From Bryobacterales bacterium (GTDB lineage Bacteria > Acidobacteriota > Terriglobia > Bryobacterales > Bryobacteraceae): 64,000 bases of DNA. A program made the translations under genes and the position numbers. The stretch covers positions 23,921-87,920 of the forward strand of contig PMYB01000053.1 of assembly GCA_003170915.1 (NCBI GenBank), given 5' to 3'. Within the stretch, counting starts at the first letter, position 1. Each line of letters starts with the position of its first letter. Under the pieces are notes generated by a model, which did not search any database, was not told where the DNA came from, and was given only the letters and a program-made list of their open reading frames with translations. Of the stretch, positions 19,147 to 28,428 are shown piece by piece.

Positions 19147-19742
19147 ACGATCAGCTTCTCGCGGCGGTTTCACAGTACGGCGTGCCGGCCCTTTTCGGGA
19201 TCGTGGCCATTGCGGCCATGGGAGTGCCACTGCCCATCACGCTCCTTCTGATTGTCGCGGGCTCGATGATTTCGCAAGGCGCCATGAACCTCTGGTGGGC
19301 AATTGGCGTGGCCGGCGCCGGTTCCATCCTCGGCGATCAGGCCGGCTATGCCATCGGCCGATGGGGAGGTCCGGCTCTCGTCGGAAAGATCGGCGGCCTG
19401 TTCGGAAAGCGCGCCAGCCTGCAGGCCATGGAAGCCAAGGCGAAAGCCTGGGGCGGCCCCGGCATCTATATCACGCGCTGGCTGCTCAGTCCTTTGGGAC
19501 CCTGGATCAATCTGGCCAGCGGCACAGCCGGCTACCCGTGGCATCGATTCCTCTTCTGGGATATCCTAGGTGAGCTCACTGGGGCGGCCGTCTATATCTC
19601 TTTGGGGCGGTTTTTCAGCGATCGCGTGATGGCCCTATACGCCGTTCTGGGCGACCTGACTTGGGCGATTGCGGCACTGCTGGCGGCCGTCATTCTCGGA
19701 TGGCAACTGGTGGCACATCTGCGCCGGGCTCGGATCCAGTAA
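19143..19742 (+). CDS. DedA family membrane protein
   Basis: 199-aa polytopic ORF. 'GVPLPITLLLIVAG' and 'LGDQAGYAIGRWGG' match the DedA/SNARE-associated family. Confidence 0.9.
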   Translation: MNDQLLAAVSQYGVPALFGIVAIAAMGVPLPITLLLIVAGSMISQGAMNLWWAIGVAGAGSILGDQAGYAIGRWGGPALVGKIGGLFGKRASLQAMEAKAKAWGGPGIYITRWLLSPLGPWINLASGTAGYPWHRFLFWDILGELTGAAVYISLGRFFSDRVMALYAVLGDLTWAIAALLAAVILGWQLVAHLRRARIQ

Positions 19743-19774
19743 GGCCGGCGTGACGCGGTAGACTCCTGGGCAGG

Positions 19775-20440
19775 GTGCGTCCTGAAAGACGCGTTCTTCC
19801 AGCAGGTGCAAGACCTGTCCGGGTAAGCGCCGGAGCGCCCGGTAGCAGGCCCCAGGCGAGGGCAGAGATGCCTGCCGTCCGAGCGGGGCGTCAAGAGTCC
19901 ATTCTGTGGAGAGCAAGGAAGCGGGCCGCAACATCAAGTGAACGCCGCAGCCACGTCATAGTATCAGCCGAAAGGTGTTCGAAAGGGCCGAGCCAGTCAT
20001 GTCATGGCGAAGGCAACAGACAGCAGCCCGGACCGGAACGGCTGCTGGACCTTGTCGGGCAAAGACCGCTGGTATAAGGCCGGATGGCTGAAATCGAGCG
20101 GAGCCGGGAGGGAGACCGAGGGGTCCGTAGTACCGATGAAGGCGTGCAAGACAACGCGCTAGTGACGTTCTGCCGGAAGCATGGAGGCGAGTGCGCAGCA
20201 ACCGGGGGCGCGGCGGGAGTGGATCGCGAGACGCTGGAAGACATTGAGCAGCATGGTGTGGACCAGTTTCTGGCGGGCCTCGAAGCCGACCTTCGAGCAG
20301 GCCGATATCGTCCCGGGGCACCCTCTGGGTCGGGTGCGGCGGCGATACATACCGAAAGCTGACGGAAAGCAGCGGCGGACCCAGAGGGTACCCCGGATAC
20401 CGAGCCGACGATTGTGCGCCACGAGCGCAAAGGGCCGAGG
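19775..20440 (+). mobile_element. Truncated group II intron (5' RNA domains plus the start of the intron-encoded RT)
   Basis: 'GTGCG' (the 5' intron consensus GUGYG) lies at 19775, 33 nt after the dedA stop. About 300 nt of non-coding sequence follow, then an RT N-terminus (next feature). I could not find a domain V/VI-like 3' end downstream. Confidence 0.55.
20084..20440 (+). pseudogene. Group II intron reverse transcriptase/maturase, N-terminal fragment with frameshift
   Basis: 'GGAAGVDRETLEDIEQHGVDQFLAGLEADLRAGRYRPG' continues in another frame as 'VRRRYIPKADGKQRR', which corresponds to RT0/RT1 of intron RTs. RT domains 2-7, X and En are absent. Confidence 0.65.
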
Positions 20441-20603
20441 AGGGCCCAATGTGTGTAACTGTTTGAACCGCAGGGAGTCGTTACTGCGGGATCAGCTTCG
20501 GCGAAGGCCTGCTTACGGACGAGGCGGCATACAGCCCTCCCATCTTCTGGTAACTCATGGCGGCTTTGCGAAGCACTGGGGGGGAAACCGAGGATACCCC
20601 TGG

Positions 20604-20625
20604 GGATAAGGATAAGGATAAGGAA
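20604..20625. repeat. Tandem hexamer (GGATAA)x3 plus a partial copy
   Basis: Read directly as 'GGATAAGGATAAGGATAAGGAA', inside the non-coding stretch downstream of the intron remnant. Confidence 0.9.
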
Positions 20626-21023
20626 ACTTGGGTAAGGACGGGTGGATTCACGTTGGCGGACCCAGCTTGGGCGCGACGCGGCAACTGGCGTGTTTGCTAA
20701 CGGGTGCGTTGAAACTAAAGGACTTAAATTGTCTCCCCGAGCACGACAGTACAAGAAATAGAAAGTCGCCCTCCTGCAAGAGACACTGCTAAGTCATTGA
20801 TTATGGATATAGTTCGGCAAAGCTCCCGACCCTTCTCCTTGTTCAGGGGACGATTGCGCGTTCTCTGTTTTGAGTTCACAATCGGGTCCCCCCTGGCCGA
20901 CTTTAGAACCCCGCTTTCGATTCTCCTTTGCTCAGTCCGTGAAGAACTTGCTGCGATGGTCAAATCCGGGATGAACCGCGATGCCTTTCGCTACGGAAAG
21001 ACTGATCCTCACTGGCGGCACCC

Positions 21024-22442
21024 TTACCGCCAGCCGTCGCCGAGGGCGCGATACAGGGTGATGACGTTGGTCAATTCCTCGCGGCGGATCTGGACCAGGC
21101 GGAGTTGAGCGTCGAGCAATTGGCGTTCCGAATCAAGGTATTCGAGGTAGCTGGCGACGCCGCCCCGGTATCGGAGATCGGCGACATCCACCGCCAGGCG
21201 GAGGCTCTCGACGAGCCCCTCCTGTTGGGTCCGCAGCTCGGCCAGCTTTCGACAGCCGGCCAGCGAGTCCGCCACTTCGCGGAAGGCCTGTTGCACGGTC
21301 TGCTGGTAGCGGAGCAGGGCCTGCTCGCGGCGCGCCTCGGCGCTTCGCACAGCCGCCCGGATCCTGCCGGCGTTGAAGATCGGCAGACTTCCCGCGGGAC
21401 CGAAAAACCATGTGCCATTGGAGGCATTGAGAAGGTTGAGCAGAGCGGAGCTCTCAAACCCGGCCGACGCCGTCAGCGAAAGCCTGGGGAAGAACGCCGC
21501 TTTGGCCACGGCCACCTGCGCGCGACTGCCGATCAACTGCTGCTCCGCTTCGCGGATGTCGGGCCGGCGGTCGAGCAGAGTCGAAGGCAAGCCTGGAGGC
21601 AGGCCGGGCGCCAGTTCCTGTTCGACGAGCGATCGACCCCGCACCACCGGTCCGGAATTCCGGCCGAGCAGGATGCCGAGCTGGTTTTCGGTCTGCTCGT
21701 TCTGCAGCTCCAGGCCGGTCAGCGCCGTGCGGGCGCTTTTCACGAGCACTTCGGCTTGGCGGAGATCGATCTCGGAGGAATAGCCGTGATCCACGCGAAG
21801 CTGAACCAGCTCGAGGGAATCCTCGCGGAGCTTTAGAGCGCGCCCGGTGATTTCGAGTTCCAGATCCAGGTCGCGCAACAGGAAGTAGGCGCCCGCCAAC
21901 TCGCTCACCAGCGTCTGCAGGACCGCCCGCCGCGCTTGCTCGCTGGCAAGCAGGTCAGCCCGCGCAGCCGCACTCGCATTCCGGATTCGTCCCCAGAGGT
22001 CGAGTTCCCAGCCGAAGCTGACGGTAAGGCCGGTGTAATCGGTGTCGGCCGGAGTGTTCGGCGGCAGAGGGGTGCTGCCACTCTGCGCCGTCCGAAGATT
22101 GTTGTAGCTGGCGTGGCCGTCGACCGAGGGGAAACGATCCGATCGAGCGCCGCTGAATTGGGCGCGCGCTTCTAACACTCGCGCGGCCGCAATGCGCGCG
22201 TCGAAGTTGTTGGTCAACGCCTCCCGAATCACCTTCAACAGCTCCTCGTCGCGGATCAGATCCTGCCACCGGAGTTCGCCGAGACCGCCAGTCTCGCCGT
22301 TGTTGGCCGCGCCGGGAACGCCGGGAGCCTGGGCGTCTCCGCGGTAGCTGGGAGGAACAGACAGGTCCGGCCGCCGGTAGCGGGTGCCGGCGCAGCCGCC
22401 AAGCAGCAGTGCGAAAAGTACGATCGGCGTCAGCCGGTTCAT
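21024..22442 (-). CDS. RND efflux outer-membrane factor lipoprotein (NodT/TolC family)
   Basis: 472-aa ORF with the lipobox 'LLLGGCAG'. The two-repeat coiled-coil pattern and the C-terminal 'LYRALGDGW' are typical of NodT-family OMFs. Confidence 0.9.
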   Translation of the reverse strand: MNRLTPIVLFALLLGGCAGTRYRRPDLSVPPSYRGDAQAPGVPGAANNGETGGLGELRWQDLIRDEELLKVIREALTNNFDARIAAARVLEARAQFSGARSDRFPSVDGHASYNNLRTAQSGSTPLPPNTPADTDYTGLTVSFGWELDLWGRIRNASAAARADLLASEQARRAVLQTLVSELAGAYFLLRDLDLELEITGRALKLREDSLELVQLRVDHGYSSEIDLRQAEVLVKSARTALTGLELQNEQTENQLGILLGRNSGPVVRGRSLVEQELAPGLPPGLPSTLLDRRPDIREAEQQLIGSRAQVAVAKAAFFPRLSLTASAGFESSALLNLLNASNGTWFFGPAGSLPIFNAGRIRAAVRSAEARREQALLRYQQTVQQAFREVADSLAGCRKLAELRTQQEGLVESLRLAVDVADLRYRGGVASYLEYLDSERQLLDAQLRLVQIRREELTNVITLYRALGDGWR

Positions 22443-22948
22443 CGCGCCGCCTCCTGCCGCGATTCGTACTGCGAGTCCATGGCGGGAGAAAGCTGTGACA
22501 CTCCCCGAATTCGCGCCAGCATCCGTTCCACCGTCACGTACAGAACCGGGACGAACTGCACGCCGAGCACGGTGGCCGCGACCATGCCGCTGAACACTGC
22601 CGTCCCGAGCGAGTGACGCGCCGCCGAGCCGGCCCCGCTGGCCATCGTCAACGGAACCACCCCGAGGATGAAGGCAAAGGAGGTCATCAGAATCGGCCGG
22701 AATCGCAGGCGCGCGCCGGCCAGCGCGGCGTCGCGAATCGACAGGTTCCCGGTCTGGCGCTTCATGCGGGCGTATTCCACGATGAGAATAGCGTTCTTCG
22801 CCGCCAGCCCCAAAAGCATGATGAGGCCGATCTGGACATAGATGTCGTTCACCAGCCCGCGCAGCAGCGTGCCCAGAAATGCGCCGAAGTTATCTTCGGC
22901 TGTAGAGCTGGGTACTAGCGTAAACACCTGATCCGTACCGCAATTCAT
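22439..22948 (-). pseudogene. C-terminal ~150 aa fragment of an RND (AcrB/HAE1-type) inner-membrane pump
   Basis: '[30 protein letters not shown]...[21 protein letters not shown]...[18 protein letters not shown]' aligns by eye to TM10-12 of AcrB. About 880 N-terminal residues are missing. The ATGA overlap with the OMF start is preserved. Confidence 0.8.
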
Positions 22949-23241
22949 TCGGGGGAGGTTCGGGGAAATTCAAAGTAGCCCACTACCGACATCTCGGTCA
23001 ACCGGCCCTCGACGTTGGCGCGGATTTCCACGGTGGCGGCCGCCTCGGTCCGGGCCACCAGTTCCACCATAATCGGCACATCCCGGCGCTCGGCGGTCTC
23101 GACCACCACCGCCGCCGGAGACGGCGTCCGGGCGGCGCCCGGGTTTCCCGGCTGGCCGCATCCGGCGCCGAGAAGAATGAGAATCATTGTCGGAGGGAGG
23201 CCGGCGGCTCCCGCTGCACGGCGTGTTTTCGCTTCGGCCAT
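22945..23241 (-). pseudogene. N-terminal ~85 aa fragment of an RND membrane-fusion (AcrA-type) lipoprotein
   Basis: The lipobox 'ILILLGAGCG' is followed by 'VVVETAERRDVPIMVELVARTEAAATVEIRANVEGRL', the start of the MFP beta-barrel/lipoyl region. The sequence then becomes unrelated and stops at 22945. Confidence 0.7.
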
Positions 23242-23528
23242 TTTGAGCGCGATCGCCCAGCGCGTTGCTCACCCGGCATCGCTACAAAGGATATCGGTCT
23301 GCGACGGCACTTTCTGTAGGACGGCCCGCATGGCCCGGTTCCCGCGGAAAACACCTCCTGCGCCGACCTCGCTAACACCTCTCGCGCCTGTGGAACAGCA
23401 CAACGGCGTGATGGCCGCGATTCTGAGAGGCCGAGAGTAGGCCCCCCACCGTGCTTCTATGCGGCCAAGGCGAGAGACTGACGTGGTAGCATCAGTGCGG
23501 GCTGCCGGACTGCACATGTGTCGAGACC

Positions 23529-24713
23529 GTGGCCCGCTTCCGGAAGCCCGCCGGTAAAGAGCTCAAGCCCTTAGACCGCGCGGTTCTGCAGATTTTGTTT
23601 ACCGGCGGCAAAGAGCTGTTCGCTTTCCCCGGCGACACGCACTGGGAAACCAACCCGTTCGCCTTCCTGACCAGCGGCATGATTAGCAATGGCCTCTTCG
23701 GGCTGCACCTCAAAGCCATCTTCCTCGACAGCCGACCCATCATCCGGTACAAGGGCGACGAATCCCCCACCGGGCGTCGCGAAGCTCGCTACGATTTCCA
23801 CATATCGCGGATGGCGAGCGGCTATACGGTCCAACGCGCAGCTGCTTCCGGCGTGGTGGCCATGCGCGGCTCCTTCTGGGCCGATCCCGAAACGTACGAT
23901 CTTCGCCGGCTGGAGTTTCACGCCGACGAGATTCCGCCCGAGTTGCTCTACGCCGATATCTCCACCACCATCGACTACAATCGCGTACGCATTGGCGCGA
24001 GCGACGTCCTGCTGCCGCAGACCGCCGATGTGCGGACCACCGGCGTGGATGGCGAGGAGAACCGCAACCTCATCGAATTCACTCACTGCCAGGGATTCCA
24101 CGCCGAGAGCACGCTGGTTTTCGGCGCGCCCCGCGATGCCGCGCCTGTCGTCGGCCCGGCCGCAGCGCCGCCCCAGCCGGCTGCGGCGGAAGGAACGCTG
24201 CCGCCGGAGCTCCGCATCGCCGTCGCCTTGAGTACTCCCCTTGACGATCGCGCCGCCGTCGGATCGATCGTCCAAGGGAAGGTGGCGGGCAGCGTAATGC
24301 AAAAGGGGAAGGTTCTGGTTCCCGAGGGCGCGCTGGTCGAGGGCCGCATCCGCCGCCTGGAGCGCTATTCCGATGCCGGCGACTACTTCATCGTGGCGTT
24401 GGAATTCACAGGCCTCGAAACGCCCGGCGGAAACCTGCGCTTCTATGCGGACCTCCAGGATGTCGACCGCCGCGAAGGCGCCGAGATGGTGCTCGACAAC
24501 ACCACGCGCGCGGAGCCGGGCGAGTTCCGGTCCGCCGGCCCGAGATTCAACGCCGTGACGTGGGACAACGCGTACCGCCAGCGGATCTGGACGCACGAAG
24601 TGCCCGGCGTGGGAACGTTTTTCGTCCGCGGTCCTAATTTTTCTCTGCCGCCCGGTTTCAAGACGGTCTGGAAGACGCAGATTTACCCGTTGCCGCCCTC
24701 GCCGGTCCAGTAA
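23529..24713 (+). CDS. Hypothetical protein, two domains joined by an Ala/Pro linker
   Basis: 394-aa ORF with GC-rich third positions. The only start-like codon after the upstream in-frame stop (23487) is a GTG at 23529. There is no signal peptide and I recognise no family. Confidence 0.6.
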   Translation: MARFRKPAGKELKPLDRAVLQILFTGGKELFAFPGDTHWETNPFAFLTSGMISNGLFGLHLKAIFLDSRPIIRYKGDESPTGRREARYDFHISRMASGYTVQRAAASGVVAMRGSFWADPETYDLRRLEFHADEIPPELLYADISTTIDYNRVRIGASDVLLPQTADVRTTGVDGEENRNLIEFTHCQGFHAESTLVFGAPRDAAPVVGPAAAPPQPAAAEGTLPPELRIAVALSTPLDDRAAVGSIVQGKVAGSVMQKGKVLVPEGALVEGRIRRLERYSDAGDYFIVALEFTGLETPGGNLRFYADLQDVDRREGAEMVLDNTTRAEPGEFRSAGPRFNAVTWDNAYRQRIWTHEVPGVGTFFVRGPNFSLPPGFKTVWKTQIYPLPPSPVQ

Positions 24714-24734
24714 ACCTCACTGGCAGATCGCTGT

Positions 24735-25058
24735 TCAGGCCCGGACTTCTTCGGCCGCCTTTACCGGCACGATCCGCGCGACGCGGTCCATGACCTTCTT
24801 GTTTTGCTCAGCTTTCTTCCGGTCGTAGGCTGCCTGCAACCGCATCCACAGTTCCGGCGTGCCGCCAAAGAGGCGGGACACCTTCAGGCACATGACGGCC
24901 GACAGGGGCTTGCGCCCCGCCAGAATGTCGTGAAGCATCTGACGGGACACGCCCAGAGCTTTCGCCGCGGCCGTCACAGACAGGCCGACAGACGGAAGGG
25001 TGTCTTTCTTGATGATCTCGCCCGGATGGACGGGCGGCAGTTTGTTCCTTCTCGCCAT
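24735..25058 (-). CDS. higA: HigA-family antitoxin (XRE-type HTH)
   Basis: 'PPVHPGEIIKKDTL..VGLSVTAAAKALGVSRQMLHDILAGRKPLSAVMCLKVSRLFGGTPELWMRLQAAYD' is the classic HigA/VapI pattern. Confidence 0.85.
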   Translation of the reverse strand: MARRNKLPPVHPGEIIKKDTLPSVGLSVTAAAKALGVSRQMLHDILAGRKPLSAVMCLKVSRLFGGTPELWMRLQAAYDRKKAEQNKKVMDRVARIVPVKAAEEVRA

Positions 25059-25143
25059 GACACCCCCCCAGTTAGTTTCAAGACCTCAAGCATAGCAACC
25101 CGCGCCCGGTTGAACCCTAAGAGAAGGAGCCGAAGCAATTGAA

Positions 25144-25356
25144 GTGCATCTCAAACCCGACGTGCAAGCGAAGCTTGAGCAGATGGCGCGGGAGAGCGGA
25201 CGCCCGAGCCACGAGCTGGCGCACACGCGGGAAATGCTCGACCGGCGCTTTGACGATCTGGAAAGCGGCAGGGTGAAGCCGATTGACGGCGAGGAAGCGT
25301 ACCGGCGCTTGATGGAGAAGACCGAGGCTCAGCGCCAGCGCCACCGCCCCGCATGA
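25144..25356 (+). CDS. Putative ParD/RHH-like antitoxin
   Basis: 70-aa ORF with a GTG start. 'LKPDVQAKLEQMARESGR' is RHH-like, and 'REMLDRRFDDLESGRVKPIDGEEAYRRL' resembles the C-terminal part of ParD-type antitoxins. Its stop forms an ATGA overlap with a ParE-like remnant. Confidence 0.55.
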   Translation: MHLKPDVQAKLEQMARESGRPSHELAHTREMLDRRFDDLESGRVKPIDGEEAYRRLMEKTEAQRQRHRPA

Positions 25357-25488
25357 GTGGGTACGCGCTCCACCCGGAAGCAGCCGACCGGGTGGTACCG
25401 GCGACACCCTACGGGACCGGCAGCCGCACTTTTGAGCATCATTGAGCATGATCCGGCGCTGGCGGTGAGAGCCATTCATCGGGTGTGA
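25353..25488 (+). pseudogene. RelE/ParE-family toxin remnant
   Basis: 'MSGYALHPEA|ADRVV...' stops after 30 codons. A second frame continues as '...IIEHDPALAVRAIHRV*', which is ParE C-terminus-like. About 136 nt remain of the ~300 expected. Confidence 0.5.
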
Positions 25489-25492
25489 ACCC

Positions 25493-27136
25493 TCACCGCC
25501 GCTCCAGCACCTTCCCCGGCAGCGCGTTGGTCATTTTGCCCTCGTCGATCACCGGAACGCCGTTCACCAGCACGAAGCGCATCCCTTCGGAAAGCTGGTT
25601 GGGGTTCTCGAACGTCGCTACGTCGCGAATCGTTTCGGGATCGAAGATCACCACGTCGGCCCACATTCCCGCCTTCAGCACGCCGCGGTCCGCGAACCGC
25701 ATCCGTTGCGCCGGGAGCGCCGTGAACTTGCGGATGGCGTCTTCCAGCGTGAGCTTCTTCTCTTCCCGCACATACTTCCGCAGGATGCGCGGAAACGTGC
25801 CGTAGGCGCGCGGATGCGGGTGTTCCTTGCCGAGCAGGCCGTCCGGCGCCGTGCCCTGCGAGTCGTTGCAGATCGATACCCACGGCTGCTGGAGCGCCAG
25901 CGCCACATCCGGTTCCGACATCCCAACCATCGCCACTTCGGTGAAGGCCTCGTCCTCGATGAGCAGATCGAAGGCCGTGTCGATGGGGTCCTTGTTCCAC
26001 AACCTGGCGATTTCCGCGATGTTCTTGCCTTCGAGCGGAACGAGCTTGGGGTTCTGCACCGCGCCGACCAGAATGGACTCCGGACCGGCCACCTCCTGCC
26101 ACTCGTTGTTCCACTCGCTCGAAGGCGTTTCCAACTCCCTGCGGATGCGGGCGCGCGCGGCGGGATCCTTCAGGCGCTCGACCAGTTTCTTGTCGCCTCC
26201 GTCGTGCGCCCAGGGCGGGATGACCGCGGAAAACGAATTGAACCAGGCGGGATACGCATAAGTGTCCGCCGCCACGTCCACGCCCGACCGGCGTGCCTCC
26301 TCGATATGCGCGACGATCTCGGGCATGCGGCCCCAGTTGGCCTTGCCCGCCGCCTTCAGGTGCCAGATCTCCACCGGTATCCCGGCCTCGCGCCCGATGC
26401 GGAAGGCTTCGTCGAGCGCGGTCAAAATCGAGTCGCCTTCGTTGCGAATGTGCGAGGCGTAGATGCCGCCGAACTTCGCGGCCTCCCCCGCCAGCGCAAT
26501 CAGTTCTTCCGTGGTGGCGTAGGGCGCCGGCGCGTATTGCAGCGAAGTCGAGAGACCCACGGCCCCATCGCGCATGGCGTCGCGGACCAGCGCCTTCATG
26601 CGCTCCAGTTCCGCCGCGGTGGGCGCTCGGTTGCCGTCTCCCAACACCACGCGGCGAACCTGGGTGGCGCCCACATAGCTGGCCAGGTTGATCCCCATCC
26701 CCTGTTTTCGCAGCCGCGCGAAGTACTCGCGGAAGGTCCGCCAGGTGGGCTCGACGCCATAGTGCTCGTAGGTCACGTGGTCCGCCTGCGTGACGGCGTC
26801 ATTGAGCGGCGCGATGGAGCTGCCTTCGCCGGTGATCTCGGTGGTGATGCCCTGATAGATCTTCGACGGCAAGTGCGGGTTCACCAGAATGGTGAGTTCC
26901 GATTGCCCCAGCATGTCGATGAACCCCGGCGCCACCACCAGACCGCGAGCGTTGACGATGCGGCGAGCCGGAGCGTCCGCCAGGCGGCCGATGGCGGCGA
27001 TCCGGCCGCCGCGAATCGCCACGTCGCCGGCATACCACGGCGATCCGGTGCCGTCGACGATACGCCCATCGCGGATGACGATGTCGTAAGGATTGGTGGC
27101 AGCCGCCAATAGCAGGATCGGGAGCAAGAATGCCAT
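25493..27136 (-). CDS. N-acyl-D-amino-acid deacylase (D-aminoacylase) family amidohydrolase, secreted
   Basis: 547-aa ORF with the signal 'MAFLLPILLLAAA'. 'YDIVIRDGRIVDGTGSPWYAGDVAIRGGRIAAIG...GLVVAPGFIDMLGQSE' and 'FTALPAQRMRFADRGVLKAGMWADVVIFD' are typical of this family. Confidence 0.85.
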   Translation of the reverse strand: MAFLLPILLLAAATNPYDIVIRDGRIVDGTGSPWYAGDVAIRGGRIAAIGRLADAPARRIVNARGLVVAPGFIDMLGQSELTILVNPHLPSKIYQGITTEITGEGSSIAPLNDAVTQADHVTYEHYGVEPTWRTFREYFARLRKQGMGINLASYVGATQVRRVVLGDGNRAPTAAELERMKALVRDAMRDGAVGLSTSLQYAPAPYATTEELIALAGEAAKFGGIYASHIRNEGDSILTALDEAFRIGREAGIPVEIWHLKAAGKANWGRMPEIVAHIEEARRSGVDVAADTYAYPAWFNSFSAVIPPWAHDGGDKKLVERLKDPAARARIRRELETPSSEWNNEWQEVAGPESILVGAVQNPKLVPLEGKNIAEIARLWNKDPIDTAFDLLIEDEAFTEVAMVGMSEPDVALALQQPWVSICNDSQGTAPDGLLGKEHPHPRAYGTFPRILRKYVREEKKLTLEDAIRKFTALPAQRMRFADRGVLKAGMWADVVIFDPETIRDVATFENPNQLSEGMRFVLVNGVPVIDEGKMTNALPGKVLERR

Positions 27137-27169
27137 AGGTTGTAGTGTAGTACGCTAACCTGTTACCGA

Positions 27170-27784
27170 ATGCCCCCCGACGACTTCACCGCCGCCGAGC
27201 GCGCCGTGTTCCGCCGCCTCGCGACGCCCGAAAGGATCCAGCGCTTCCTCGATGAGCTGCCCTACAACAAAGAGCCTCATGGCCCCACTTGCCGCTCCCC
27301 GCGGCGCGTCCTGCGGGACCGCACGGCGCAGTGCATGGAAGGCGCGCTTTTCGGCGCGGTCGCGCTGCGCATGCTCGGCCACCCGCCGCTGCTGCTCGAT
27401 CTCGAGGCGGTGCGCGATGACGATCACGTCCTCGCCATCTTCCGCTCCCGCGGCCACTGGGGCGCGCTCGCCAAATCCAATTATTCCGGGCTCCGCTACC
27501 GCGAGCCGGTCTACCGCACGCTGCGCGAGCTGGCGATGTCCTATTTCGAGCACTATTACAATTTGCGGAAGGAGAAGACCCTGCGCCGTTATTCCCGCCC
27601 GGTGAACCTACGCCGGTTCGACTCCATCCACTGGATGACGGCCGAGGAAGACGTTTGGGCGGTGCCCGAATACCTGACCACCATCGCCCACACGCCGCTT
27701 CTGGCGCCGCGGATCGTCGCGCGCCTGGGCCGGGTCGACGACCGCTTATTCGCCGCCGGCCTGGTGGGCCGCGCGAGCCGATGA
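27170..27784 (+). CDS. Conserved hypothetical protein, possible papain/transglutaminase-like fold (Cys...His)
   Basis: 204-aa ORF. The candidate catalytic pair is 'TAQCMEGALFGA' and 'DDDHVLAIF'. The function call is inference only. Confidence 0.65.
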   Translation: MPPDDFTAAERAVFRRLATPERIQRFLDELPYNKEPHGPTCRSPRRVLRDRTAQCMEGALFGAVALRMLGHPPLLLDLEAVRDDDHVLAIFRSRGHWGALAKSNYSGLRYREPVYRTLRELAMSYFEHYYNLRKEKTLRRYSRPVNLRRFDSIHWMTAEEDVWAVPEYLTTIAHTPLLAPRIVARLGRVDDRLFAAGLVGRASR

Positions 27785-28420
27785 TCGCCGCGCTTTCACA
27801 ACCTCGATGAACGTCGGCAGCAGCGACACAAAAACGATGGTCAGAATCGCGATGTCGAAGTTCCGCCGCACGAACGGTACGTTGCCCAGCCCGTAGCCCA
27901 GCATGGTCAGCAGGAAGACCCACCCCGTGCTGCCGAACACGCTGAAGGAAAGGAAGCGCAGGTACGGCATCCCCCCCACGCCGGCCAGGAACGGCGCGAA
28001 CGTGCGGATGATCGGCGCGAAGCGGGCGAAGATGATGGTCTTGCCCCCGTACCGTTCGTAGAACGCCTTGGTGCGGGTCACGTATTCCTGTTTGAACAGG
28101 CGCGAATCCGGGCGGCTGAAGATGCGCGGCCCGGTTCTCCGGCCCAGAAAGTAGTTGCTCGAGTCGCCCGCCATCGCCGCCGCCATCAGCGCCACGTTCA
28201 CCAGCACGATGTTCAACTGCCCCGCGCCCGCCACCACGCCGACCGTGAACAGCAGCGAATCTCCGGGGAGAAAGAAGCCCAGCAGCAGACCTGTCTCGGA
28301 AAACACCACCCCGCACAGCGCCAGGTACCCGAGCCAGCCGGACAGCAGCGTGCTCAGCAGTTGGATGAGCCGCTCGGGGTTGGTCAGCGACCGGAGAAAA
28401 TCGATGACAGCTTGGATCAT
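27746..28420 (-). CDS. DedA family membrane protein (second paralogue)
   Basis: 'VVFSETGLLLGFFLPGDSLLFTVG' and 'AGDSSNYFLGRRTG' are DedA signatures. Its 3' end overlaps the convergent ORF 27170..27784 by 39 nt. Confidence 0.9.
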   Translation of the reverse strand: MIQAVIDFLRSLTNPERLIQLLSTLLSGWLGYLALCGVVFSETGLLLGFFLPGDSLLFTVGVVAGAGQLNIVLVNVALMAAAMAGDSSNYFLGRRTGPRIFSRPDSRLFKQEYVTRTKAFYERYGGKTIIFARFAPIIRTFAPFLAGVGGMPYLRFLSFSVFGSTGWVFLLTMLGYGLGNVPFVRRNFDIAILTIVFVSLLPTFIEVVKARRSSARAAHQAGGE

Positions 28421-28428
28421 CCGGTTGG

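Noticed and set aside
19775-21023. The RT fragment as a retron, DGR or defence-associated RT system
   Set aside because: The N-terminal sequence and the upstream GTGCG fit group II intron RTs. The RT core is absent. I saw no msr/msd-like inverted repeats and no template/variable repeat pair.
25117-25479. 120-aa minus-strand ORF as a possible HigB toxin upstream of higA
   Set aside because: It has no RelE/HigB-like motifs. It lies antisense to the ParD-like and ParE-remnant genes. The 85 bp directly upstream of higA show no toxin remnant in any frame that I could recognise.
19143-28420. Two dedA paralogues as a duplicated or repeat element
   Set aside because: The similarity is at the protein-family level only. 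I saw no nucleotide-level repeat, and the contexts are unrelated.
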